From Eutreptiella sp. 'Long Island Sound 2002' (lineage: Eukaryota > Protista > Euglenida): a stretch of 64,000 nt of DNA. Both the position numbers and the translations under genes were made by a program. The DNA lies in NCBI GenBank assembly GCA_964036045.1, contig OZ038378.1:200756001-200820000 (forward strand), read 5' to 3'. The stretch's first letter is position 1. Every line of letters starts with the position of its first letter. The notes beneath the pieces were generated by a model. That model was not told the DNA's origin and ran no database searches. It worked only from the letters and a program-made list of their open reading frames with translations. This document shows positions 22,221 through 33,919 of this stretch, piece after piece.

Positions 22221-24517
22221 AACCTATCTGGGGGGCCTCCAGACCACGCAGAGCAAAGGAAATAATTTTTTGCCTCATGTCTCAGGGTCGCAGAATTGCC
22301 CCCTCCCTGCTAGTACCTTACGGCCGTGCCGTCTGGCTGGCAAGGCTTTGCAAAACACGCGGCCGAGCCATGATCACGGCACAAGCCGTGTGGGAAGAGA
22401 GCCCCCTCACACGCAAGCCGGGACCTTTTGGCCGGGAGCTAGAAACTCTGCATGAATAGGGATGGCGACCGCTCTCAGGTTGGTGGGAACGGCAGGTGCC
22501 GGGCACCACAGACGCCCTCCAACCGACAGGGGATTTTAAACAGATCAAGCACAGCATCAGGGAACCGTTGCGGTCACAGCAAATCACACATCTTATAGCC
22601 AGGCGGCCACGCCAATGTGCAAGCATGCACTATTACACAAACCGAATGCCGGTCTGCGCTAGCATCGCCTCTTCATTCAGAACAGGAACGCTTGCCGCTG
22701 CGCGCACTAGTGGCGGGGGGCGGCTGTGGACAGCAGTCAGGGCACACCAGAGGGGCATGATCACCTCCTAGTGCTGCCCACATTGCCAACAGGCAGATGG
22801 AACCGAAGTGCACATTCTCTGGGAATGCACAGAATGGGTGGCAGCCAGGGACCTACACATTGCCAACGTCTGCACCTTGGCAGCGAAAGTCCCACATCTA
22901 CGACCGTTTGACAGATGGCCCCCGTGCCTGAAAATCAATGGGCTCCCACCTGAAACAGAGCCACCAGTGAACAGGCAGGTTTAACAGCATGACTTCCCTT
23001 TCATACAGGCCCTCCATGCCATGTTTGTAGCCATACTTGCGGAACGCAAGCTGCGGGACCAACAAGCAACCAAACTCTTCCCCACAGTGCGCCCGCAGGC
23101 GCGCAGCGCACCGGGGCTGGCACTGTCCTTTTGCCTAGACCTTTGTGCGGTGTATTAACCTTGTGGTGTCCTCGGTGGCAGCAGTGCCATACCCTCCGCT
23201 GCATAAGGGTGCGGTGTGGGCACGGCGGTAGCCCGTGCGTCTGGCAGACGTTGGACAGTGGTCTGCGGTCTACATACCCTGGAGTGTGGTGGCCTTTGGC
23301 GCAGCACTTTGCCGCAGACAGGCAAAGCCGTTTACAAGTAACGCATGCCGGTAGTTTGTGGGTGGGGCATGCATGTGCTGATGTCATGTGAGAGGGGACC
23401 GCGATGCACATGGCTGGGGCTGTTGGTTGCGGTGCGCGGCTGCGCGTGGCCGTGTATCGGGCTTGGGCGGCTTCCCCCCCCCCCCCCCATAACAAGGTAA
23501 AAGTCCCCCGCAAAATTTGTCGCGCCCGCCCCCCCCTTAGTGCAGAGGGAAGATGAGGGCATGAGCCCAGTGTTCAAGCTACCCGTAAGTGCACGCTGCA
23601 GACGCGCCTCCTTGGCTTCTTGCTCCGTCTTTCTGCGACGATACTCGTACGGTCTGTGTGCATTAGTGCGCGTGTGCGTGCGCAGCGTCCATATGGACTC
23701 GCAGTAGGAAGCCAGATGTTGGATGTGCTTGTGCATGGGCGTCACCATGTGCAAAATATGGACGGCGATTGAGGCCCGCCACAGGCGGCCCGCCCAGCGG
23801 CACCAACAACGTGGCGCATGCATTGACTTTGGCTGCGTGGAGAGAGCCCGATTTGACCAATCTCTGAAGAGTGCATAGTGCCAGTCGCAGAACCCTAGCC
23901 CTCTCTTGCAGTGGTAGGGTGCGTCCCTGAAACTTAGCTCGGGGTGCTGCCGGCAGGGTGCGTGCCGCGTTCTCTTCAAAATCGAGTGCAAGCTCGATGA
24001 AGGACACTGTGTATGTGTCATCTCTCCATTGTATCGCTCGCAGCCAAGCCAGTAGGTCCGCCAGAAAGGGCTTTTCCCATGGCTAGGTGCGTGCGTTGGG
24101 GTTGTGTAGGCATACCGGGCACCACGCTCACCTCACTTACCACCACCGCCGCCAGCCCCCAAGCGATTGAGACCCAAATCCCCGATCCCCCCCTACCCCC
24201 CAGCCCCACGGCCGCAGGGGATGTAGGTGGATGATGGCGACACGGCAGTGGTGGGGACCCTATTTTCCATGGGACACGGGCGAGCGTCGTCGGAAGTTAG
24301 TTGAGCCCGCCACACCACAGAGGTTCTGACTCCGTGGATAAACGCAAACAGGAGCCTATGCACAGCCCCGCCCAAGTGCCGGGTTAAATATGCCGATTGC
24401 ACTGCTGCCACATATGGGTCTCCCTCGTTAATAGTACAAGTCGCAAGAGCGGCCAGGGCATTAAAAGGCTTCAACCCTCGTTAATAGTACAACGCGCGCG
24501 CACACACACACACACAC
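22221..24517 (+). mobile_element. 5'-truncated LINE copy 3 with an internal inversion (about 23111-24114)
   Basis: IWGASRPRRAKE...RDQQATKLFP on plus, SFIELALDFEE...CC..GHH on minus, then the 3' end, 3' core motifs and (CA)n on plus. Confidence 0.85.
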
Positions 24518-26529
24518 CAGTTTGCGGGCACGCACTATCACATGAACAGGAGACTCATCTGTGCCAGTATTGCATCCTTACAGTCGGAACATAAACGCTC
24601 AGTGCTTTGCACACTGCTGGCAGGAGGTCTGTGGACCGCGGTGAGAGCATATTAAAGAGGCATGATTACCTCCCAGTGCTGTCCTTATCGCCAGCAGGCA
24701 GATAAAGCAGAAGAGCACATCCTCTAGGACTGCACCGAATGGGCCGCGGCACCGGACCCGCACCTCGCCAGCATCCACGCTCTTGCGGCAAAAGTCCCAG
24801 AGCACCCACCTTTTGACAGATGGCCTCCTCGTCTGAAAATCAGTGGGCTCTTGCCCGAAATTGAGCCGCCAGTGAACCGTCACGTGGAGCAGCACGACTT
24901 CTCATTCATCTGTGCACTCCACGCTATGTTTGTGTCGGTACTAGCCGCGTGCAGATGAAGGGACCAACAAGCGCCCAAACTTTTCACCACAGTGCGTCAT
25001 CAAGCGCACAATGCATACCCCTATCACCAGCTTGTGGGCCCCATGCCCCCCCTCCATTACGTCCACTCTGCCTGCACAACCCTACAACACGCACCTGGCC
25101 GTAGGAAAGGCCCTTTCTGGCTGACCTACTGGCTTGGCTGCGCACACTGCAGTGGAAAGATGACACAGACATTGTGTCCTTCATTGAGCTTGCGTTGGAT
25201 TTTGAAGAACATGCAGGACACAGCCTGCCAGCAGCCCCCCAAGCCAAATACCGGGGACACACACTACCATTGCAAGAGACAGCCAGGGTCCTCCGTCTCG
25301 CCCTATGCACACTGCAAAAACCTGGTCAAGACGGGGTCGCTCCACCCCACCAAGGTCATCACGCGCGCTACGTCGCTGGTGCCGTTGGGCGGCCTGCCCG
25401 TGGCGGGCCTCAATCGACGCCCATATTTTGCGTGTCGCAATGCAATGCAGACGCACGTCAAGCATCTGTCATCCTACTGCGAGTTCACGTTGGCGCCGCA
25501 CACGCACACACGCACCAACGCACACAGGCCTTATGTTTATCGCCACCCGCGATCAGTGCAAGAAGTAGAAGAGGCATGCCTACAACGTGCACTCACAGGA
25601 AGTTTGAACACTGGGCTCATGCCCTCATCCTCCCTATGCGCTAAGGGGGGGGCGGGAGCAGCCAATTTCGCAGGGGATCTGTACCCCATCATGGGGGCAG
25701 GCAAAGTCACTCCCTACACAGTCACCCGCGGAAGAGTGCCGGTGCCAGCGGCCACGGCCACGTGCACCCCCTCTAATGTCAGCACGTGCGTGCCCTGCCC
25801 ACAGGCTACCTGCGTGCGTCACGTGTAAACGGCTCTGCCTGTCGGCAGTTGTATGCTGCTCCAAAGGCCATCACGCACCTGGGTATGTGGACCGCAGACC
25901 ATTGTCCAAAGTCTGTCCAAACCGCAGACCACTGTCCAAAGTGCATGGATTGCCGCCCTGCCCACGCTGCACCCTGATGCAGCGCGGGGTACGGCACTGT
26001 TGCCAAAGCGGACACCACAAGGATGTCACCCCTGACACCCTCACAAATCTCTGGGAAAGAGGAGAGCGGCAGCTCCCACGGGCGCCGGAAAACGTCCCCG
26101 GCTGCAGTATGCGGCCCCTGCACACTCGCGGATGCAACCACGCTCACCGCACATACCCCCAACATTGCCAGCACCCAAGCGACGGACACCCAAATCCCCG
26201 ATCCCCCCCTCCCCTCCAGCCCCACGGACGCAGGGTATGCAGTTGGATGATGACACAGCGGTAGTAAGGACCCTTTTCTCCCTGGGCCACGGGCGCGCAT
26301 CTTCGGAAATCACTTGATCCCGTTATACCACAGAGGTTCTGACTCCGTGGAAAGAAGCAAGGACAAATATATGCACAGCCCCACCCGAGTGCCGGGCTAA
26401 GTATACCAGCTGCTCTATAGCCACACGTGGGTCTCCTTCGTTAATAATCCGTGACCCATAACCCCCTCGCTTGATCCGTCGCACAGCGTCCACGACTTCA
26501 ATCGGCCCTTGCCCTCATTAATAGTTTGG

Positions 26530-26573
<44 letters not shown>
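24518..26573 (+). mobile_element. 5'-truncated, degenerate LINE copy 4 with (CA)n tail
   Basis: Starts immediately after a CA run at the QFAG.HY region. Contains SFIELALDFEE, LQRALTGSLNTGLMPSS and the Cys/His motifs, then the 3'UTR with CAGAGGTTCTGAC. Confidence 0.85.
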
Positions 26574-26575
<2 letters not shown>

Positions 26576-26586
26576 ACATGCGCGCT

Positions 26587-26832
26587 CAGGCCCCAGCACT
26601 GACCTGCACCGGGGTCCAGTCTTGTCAGGCCCCAGCAGCGACCCGCACCGGGCTCCAGTCTTGTCAGGACCCAGCACTGACCTGCACCAGGGTCCAGTCT
26701 TGTCAGGCCCCAGCACTGACCTGCACCGGGGTCCAGGCTTGTCAGGCCCCAGCACTGACCTGTACCGGGGTCCAGTCTTGTCAGGCCCTAGCACTGACCT
26801 GTACCGGGGTCCAGTCTTGTCAGGCCCCAGCT
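26587..26832 (+). repeat. 39-bp minisatellite, about 6.3 copies
   Basis: Consensus CAGGCCCCAGCACTGACCTGCACCGGGGTCCAGTCTTGT. Confidence 0.9.
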
Positions 26833-28049
26833 TTGACCCGGTGGTGCAGGGTGCTGTAGGGGATGCATCCCTGAGTGCCCCAACGCACGAGGAGCTGCCC
26901 ATCATCGGGCGCCCCGGCAGCAGCGAGCCGTGCGGTCTGGGCGTCACCGAGCAGGGCGCCAAGGTGTGCTCTGTGTGTACAGGTGCAGCAGCAGCAGGTG
27001 CTGCAGCAGCTGCAGTAACAACAGCTGTGGCCGCGGTGGCGGCCTTCAATGTCTTGGGGGTGCAGGCAGGTGCTCTCAGTGCCGCTGCGCGGGAGGCCGA
27101 CATCAAGGAAATGGAGGAGGAGGAGAGCTGCACCCGTGGGTGCATTGCTGAGCTGCAGGAGGCAGTGCTAGAGCAGCTGCACTGGGATTTCAGGGGTGGG
27201 GGCGCCGTGGGTTCTGCCCCCATGAGATGCCAGCCGGCACCAGGAGGGGTCCGGTTCTGCGCTAACCCGCCCCTGGGCTGCCTGCCCTGTGCGGCGTCCT
27301 GTGGGTCATCTGCTATTGGCTTGGGAGGGGGGGGGTGCTCCCCCCCCCCCCCCCCAGAGGACTCCGTAGGCAGCACAGTGGGATGGGGCTGCACCCCTCC
27401 CCCCTTCCCCTGCCCTGCACACGCACACACCCTGCCCCCCAGACCTCGGGGCCAAGGGACATGGGATGGGGTGGTGAGGCCGCCACCAGTGGCGCCAGAA
27501 CTCAGGTTGTGGCGCAGTCCACCAATGGGGAAATGGAGGGGCCCTGCCGGTTGCGACAACCGCCGGCCCCTCGTCCAGCGAAGGGGCACACTCGGTGCCC
27601 CGGGCAGGGCTGTCCCTGCGTGTCTCAGTGCCCCAGGCTCTATTTTGGGGGGAGGGGGATCACAATCACCCCTTCCCCGCGCGGCTACACATGGGGCGGC
27701 CGGCTAACGCAGCCGCCCGCCAAGGGGGCGGTCAGTCCGCCACAGGTCAGGTGGCGCAGGAGGGTCCACAGCCGGGGGCGGGGGGAGGCAAACCCCTGGA
27801 AGGGCGGATTAAGGTGCCAATGCCGACACATCAGGGGGGCAGCACGGCGCCCATCTTGGCGCATGGGAGGGCCTCAGGAGAGGTCACTTGATCGCGGGGA
27901 GAACGTCCTTCTGCTGCGCCGCGACACACCGGGGGGCCAGGGGTGGGATAGGGCAAGCCACAGGCACGCTCTAACCCGCTAACCCCTAACCCTCCCGTCG
28001 CAAGAGCGGCCAGGACATTAAAAGCCATCAACCCTCATTAATAGTTCAG

Positions 28050-28095
<46 letters not shown>

Positions 28096-28097
<2 letters not shown>

Positions 28098-28605
28098 ACA
28101 TGCGCGCTCCCCGCTCACGCCAGTCACCCCACAGCCCTCGAAGAGGCGGCAAGCATCACCCTCCCCCCCCAAGGGGGCATGGAGGAAGACCTGGACGCCC
28201 CCCCGCGCAATGTTCGCACAGGGGCATGGGAGAGCCCGCATTGAACACAGATAAGGCTCAAGGGACCATGAGGTTGTAATTCAGCGATAGGGGCGGGCGA
28301 AGTCACACAGAGTGCCGACTCTCATGCCAGCATGAATGGGGCTGCCGCCCTCACATCGCACATGGGTCTCCCTCATTAATAGTACACAGCGTCCAGGACT
28401 CTAATCGGCCCATGCCCTCGTTAAGAGTAGGGGGTGGGGGGGGGGGCTGGCGCAGCCAGTCCCTGTCCCATAACCCCCTCGCTTGACCCGTCGTACAGCG
28501 TCCAGGACTCTAATCCGCCCTTGCCCTTGTTAATAGTACCCCTAACCCTCCCGTCGCAAGAGCGGCCAGGGCATTAAACGCCGTCAACCCTCGTTGATAG
28601 TACAG

Positions 28606-28637
<32 letters not shown>
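28096..28637 (+). mobile_element. 3'-terminal LINE fragment (copy 2 subfamily) with stacked 3' modules and a (CA)n tail
   Basis: Colinear with 53990-54300 and carries four CCCTCGTTAATAGTAC-like motifs. Confidence 0.75.
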
Positions 28638-28639
<2 letters not shown>

Positions 28640-29003
28640 TTGAGCTTTGATTTAATACATTGGGCGTCACACACACACACACACACACATGTTGTGGAAG
28701 TGTAGGGAAGTGTAGGTTTTTGTATGTAAGTGCAGGGCAGTGTTTGGGAAGTGTCACTTAGGGAGTATGCTGGTAGATGCTGTGCCTGCTGAACCATTTC
28801 AGTGGAAAAGAGGTTTCTTGCGACGCCGTTGACTGCCGGCTGCTGTGAGTGGGGGGGCAGGGGTGTGGAGGGTGGAGGGGTGTGGGAGGGTTGGATGGGA
28901 TTGGGCAGTGTTGGCCACTGTCGCTGAGGGTCAAGTGTTGGAGAGGGTCGCCGAGGGTCAAGTCCCAATCACGCGTGACCCAGCCGCATCCATGTCAACA
29001 CAG

Positions 29004-29985
29004 GTATCTGTGGCCCACCTGCACTGGGCGCAACGAAGCAGTCGCACGCGGGACGGACATGCCGATGCAGCACTACACTGCAGACCTGGGGGCTGGGACT
29101 GTCGTGACAGATGAGGAAGAGAGGCTACTGTACGTCGGTGGCACGCCGTTGCTTGTGTTTGACATAGACGATCGGAAGTTGCAGGCGTCCATTGAGCTCG
29201 GGGGTACCATGCGTACGGGGCTGGTCCTCCCAGTGTCCCGGGACTGCTGCATCATTCTGCTGCTGCAGTACAGAACCGCAAATGGCAACGACCTCAGGCG
29301 CGTGCGACTTCCCCGGGGGCGCAACCTGGACTCCTACGAGCAGGACTCGCTGATTCCGGCGACTGCAATCCGGCTCCGGACGTTTCAACCGCTGGCGGCC
29401 CCCTCTGTCGAGACCGGGCCCAGAGTTGATGCCCTGACCCCCAGAGGCAGAGCCCGGCACAGAACGGCCCGGCCTCTGGCGACGGGCACTGTGTCGACGG
29501 AGTACGAGCGCACGTTCGCCTCGGCCCACGCACAGTACTACGTGGTGTACCGCGACGGTGAGCTGACGGTTGTGGTGCTGTATGAGGCCCCGGCGACCAG
29601 CCCGCAGCAGCTGGTGCTGCCGGCCGCCTCCGTGGGGCTAGAGCGCGTGCGTGCCGCCGCGCTGTGGTGCCCCTCTGCCGCTGAAGGGCGTTGCAACACC
29701 ATCGATGACCCTGCAGCGCTGCTGGTGGCGGGAACGAGTGGGACAGTGTGGCAAGTGGTGGTACTGCCCCTGCCCCTGGACAGCACGGCCGCCGCCCTCC
29801 AGTTCGTGCCGCTACATGACGTGGCCGCACCGGCCCTGCCTCAGTGCCGGAGCAGCCCCTGCCACTCGGTGGGGGGGCTGGTGACTGGTGACAGCAATAC
29901 CCTCTACATGGCCCTGGAGCAGGATTCAGGGGTCTTAATGGTGACCCTGGCCCTGGGTCCTGTACACGATGTGTCGGCACTGCAG
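29004..29985 (+). CDS. Exon 4: probable beta-propeller-like extracellular region
   Basis: Acceptor CACAG|GTATCTG in phase 2 completes CDAG|YLWPTC. Lies within ORF 28849..30039 and shows coding-like composition. Donor CAG|GTCATC at 29986 (phase 0). The domain call is inference. Confidence 0.8.
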
Positions 29986-30028
29986 GTCATCCCCCCTTCC
30001 CCTGCGTTCGATTCCTCGACCCTGCCAG

Positions 30029-30092
30029 GGGTTGTGTAGCTCAGGCATCTTGCACTTGACACGTGAGCTGGAGGTACCTGGTTCGAACCCCG
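30029..30092 (+). ncRNA. tRNA-like head (A box/B box) of a probable SINE or tRNA pseudogene
   Basis: TAGCTCAGG at 30037 and GGTTCGAACCC at 30080. The D and acceptor stems are not intact. Confidence 0.35.
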
Positions 30093-30659
30093 TTTAAACA
30101 GGAACACACGGCTGCCCTAGGCACTTGGGTGTCGGTGAACCCGCGATCCGGAAGGGAGGCTGCAAGGGATAAGAGCAGGATGTGTTTTGGTGGACAGGTT
30201 TTCCCCTTGCTTGTCCATTGAAAAATGTCGGCCTCCAACCACCGTTGCTAACGATGAACAGTGGCGGCAACGATCCCAACTTGAGGGGCTGTGGGTAGTC
30301 ATGAAAAGCTCGTGATTTGGCCAACCGCGGTCGGTTCCTTTTCAACTACTGTCGGTAACCCCCCCCCCCCCCAACTGCCGTTTTCTGTTTCAGACACAGT
30401 GTGTGTCTTGAGGTTTAACCAGGTTTGGCATAGAGAATAAAGATGCACTTATGCCTGACTGCGGAGTGCATTACCTCTGGTTTGCATTTGTCTGCTTTTT
30501 AATTAGGTCACACTCCCCCCCCACTGCCGTTGGTTACCCTTCAAGTGCCGTCCAACTGTGTGCTAAATTAATGAGCTGGCTACTGGACGGACTGATGTAT
30601 TTTCCTAAGTAAATGATGGAGGGGAAAGCAACGCTGGGGTCTGGAGATCGCCTGGGCAA

Positions 30660-31287
30660 CCTGACCTCGGCTCAGCTCACCTCAGCTCACCTCATCTCAC
30701 ATCACCTCACCTCACCTTACCTCACCTCACCACACCTCACCTCACATCACCCGAACTCAGCTCACCTCAGCTTACCTCACGTCCCTCACCTCACCTCACC
30801 TCACCTCACCTCACCTCACCTCACCTCACCTCACCTCACCCCACCTCACCTCACCTCACCTCACCTCACCTCACCTGACCCCACCCCATCTCACCTCACC
30901 GCACCGCACCTCAGCTCATCTCAGCTCACCTCAGCTCAACTCGCCTCACCTCACCTCACCCCACCCCACCTCACCTCCACCTCACCTCACCTCAGCTCAC
31001 GTTTCTCACGTCAACTCACCCCACCTCACCCCACCTCACCTCAGCTTACGTCATGTCCCTCACCTCACCTCACCTCACCTCTCCTCACTTCACCTCACCT
31101 CACCTCACCTCACCTCACGTCACCTCACCTTAGCCTACCCCACCTCAGCTCACCTCAGCTCACCTCAGCTCACCTCACCTCACCCCACCTCACCTCACCG
31201 CACCTCAGCTCAGCTCAGCTCACCTCACCTCCACCTCACCTCACCTCACCTCACGTCCCTCACCTCAACTCACCCCACCTCACCCTG
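30660..31287 (+). repeat. (CACCT)n degenerate pentanucleotide satellite; second tract at 32956-33003
   Basis: Direct inspection. Confidence 0.95.
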
Positions 31288-31462
31288 GTGACCTGGCACC
31301 AGTCGTGGGACGGATTGCCCACACGCACTGCCACGCTCGAAGCCAGTCATGATACGTCGTGATTCCTCGTGTGTCTTCCCTGTGTCAGGCCGGGCCCACC
31401 CCGCCCGCCAACCGTCCAGGACCCCTCCCTGGGCCAGACATGCAGTCCTGTGGGGGACAGAT

Positions 31463-32105
31463 GCACCTACGTGGCCTCCCCCGACCGCCAGACGCCAACG
31501 TAGCGCCGGCTCAGTGGCAGGGTACCACCGTGGTGCCGCCGACGAATACGTGCGTCACCGTGACGCGACCGCAAGAGTGGAGCGCCACCGTGGCGCTGCC
31601 CCGATAGCTCTGCGCCGACATGGCGCGTGCTCAGTGGCAGGGCACCATCGTGGTGCCACGAACGTACCCGTGCGCTGTCGTGGCGCGGCCTTCTGGGCAG
31701 AGCGCCGTCGTGGCGCGGCCTTCTCGGCAGAGCTCCGCCGTGGCACCACCCAAACAATCCAGCGCCAACGTGGTGCCACTTCGGTGGCAGCACACCATCG
31801 TGGTGCAGACAACGTGCACGTGTGCCGCCGTGGCGCAATCTTCGGGGCACGGCGCCGTCGTGGCACTGCATAGACAGCCCTATGCCTCCGTGGCGCCAGT
31901 TCAGTGGCAGAGCGCCATCGTGGTGCCGCCAACGTACACGTGCGCCATCGTGGCGCATTCTTCAGGGCAGAGTGCCACCGCGGCGCTGCCCAGACAGCCC
32001 TGCGCCGACGTGGCGCCAGTTCAGTGACATGGCACCACCGTGGTGCAGTCAACGTACACGGCGCCGTCGTGGCGCAACCTTTAGGGCAGAGCGCCACCGT
32101 GGCGC
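31463..32105. repeat. 30-bp-period array of about 22 palindromes GCGCCACCGTGGCGC with four cycling 15-bp spacers (120-bp higher-order repeat)
   Basis: Units counted by hand. The spacers cycle A-B-C-D with one C duplicated. Confidence 0.85.
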
Positions 32106-33919
32106 TGCCCAGACGGTTTTCGTGCGCCAGCCTGGCCATGGTGTATCCTCCAGGCCAATGCTCGAGGCACCATGGCGGGGTCTGCACCTGGCGCTCCGCC
32201 AACCTCCGTGACACCCCGTGCAAAGGTGACGTGTCATCGGCGGTACTCACCGCCTCACGTGCCATCGGCGAACGTCGCCGTCTCGCTCGGGCACCATCGT
32301 GGTGCCACTTTCTCGGTCACGTGCCGTCTCGGTGCACGTATCGTAGGGCTCGTCGTTTGGGCTTGGCCTTTGCGGCTGGGCGTCGTCGGTGACCTCCACG
32401 GCGGTGCACCGCCGTGGTGCAATGGCTGTTACGCACGTCCCGCACTCACAGAACCCGGGGGTACCCAGGCCACCAGCGGTGCGCGTGATCGTGTAGCGTG
32501 ACCGTACTCGCGACACCGGCGGTACTCAGCCCGCCGGCAGTGCGCATAGTCGTGCTGGGCCGCGTTCTATTTAGCCCGGCGACATTTTTAAGTCGGGGGT
32601 GATGCCCCGGGAGACCCACATCTTCCGTGACTGTTGATCTTGGGACGGTGCCTCGGGTGGATCCAGGATAGTTCGGAGCGGTCGGTGGCCAGGACCAGAG
32701 AGCAGATCGGACCGTAGCGTTGTCGTACACCGACGCTGTGACCCAACGTACCGAACCTGCAGGATGTCGATGGCGCCAGTCCGCCGCACGCGGTGGAGGC
32801 CGCTGTGCAAGGCTTGCGCAAGGACTGACATCAGAAATGGAACGCCTACTGGGGCAGGAACCCGGAACGACACACGCAAGCCCTACCCCTGACGCTAACC
32901 CTATTTTGCCCCAGACCTCCAACCCAAGCCCTGCCCACCGGTCATCATGCCCTCAATTTCACCTCACTTCACCTCACCTCACTTCACCTCACCTCACCTC
33001 ACCCGGATCTGGATCTTGATCTGGTGGTTGTCGTTTGTAGGGCGACTGCCCCTCCACCCTAGGGCGCGTTGTGTGTGTACTTGCGATGCTCATGCGTGAC
33101 CTACCCCGTGCCGTGCACGTACGTAGCACCAAACCGAGACAGATCCAGTTCCGGTTCGCTGCGCCTATGCGCATGGGCTGATGGCTCCTGCCATGCGCTG
33201 CCCTGTAGCCTTTACGGCAGCTTGTCCGGCCACTTCACACACTATGCGCCGAAGCCGGCACATCCTGTGCTGCGGGAAGTGTGCTCGCTCTCATTTGTTC
33301 GAAACATCCTGCCTGGATCTCTCGTTAGTTTTGTGCTCGCAGTGTCCGCACAGCGGCTCCTCAGAGCTGAGGGCCGCCGTGGGCGCTTGCCCGCGCTCTC
33401 GTGCATATCCTGCTGACTGCAGGCACCTGAAACTTCTTCTGTTGATGAGTACTTGGGAAAGATGCTCGAACCTACAGTGATATGGATATAACCCGTTGCA
33501 TATAGGGCCTCCCGCTGTACGCAAACCCAGTGATGCTCGGAGTCGGGGGCCCTCTGGGCCATACATAGCACTCTGCATGTGCCGTGAAGAAGCTTATATA
33601 GCTTGTCCTTGGACTGAGAACATGATGGTGTCGTCTCTAGCCCTGGCACAATTCGATGGATATTCCCCTCCCTGAACGATTAAGGCCGCCGCCGGCCAAC
33701 GTTGCCTTTGCCGCCTCGGCCTCCCCCTGCCGCTGCCTTTGCACCGATCTCAACCCATGATCCTGCCCCCCTTGCCACTGCCATTCCCATGCCCTTACCA
33801 CCGTCTGTGTGGTTCACCCCCTGCCCTTTCCTGCCCGGCGGATGCCCGGCCCCTGCCCCCGCCCAGCACCCGCCCAGCCGAGGGCGTGAGTCTGTCCCTA
33901 TCACTGTCCCTGTCCGCAG

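Noticed and set aside
30613-31362. 249-aa LTSPH-repeat protein
   Set aside because: Translation of the (CACCT)n satellite.
31463-32105. CRISPR array
   Set aside because: Spacers recur in a 4-cycle and are only 15 bp, the repeats are degenerate, there are no cas genes, and the context is a eukaryotic intron.
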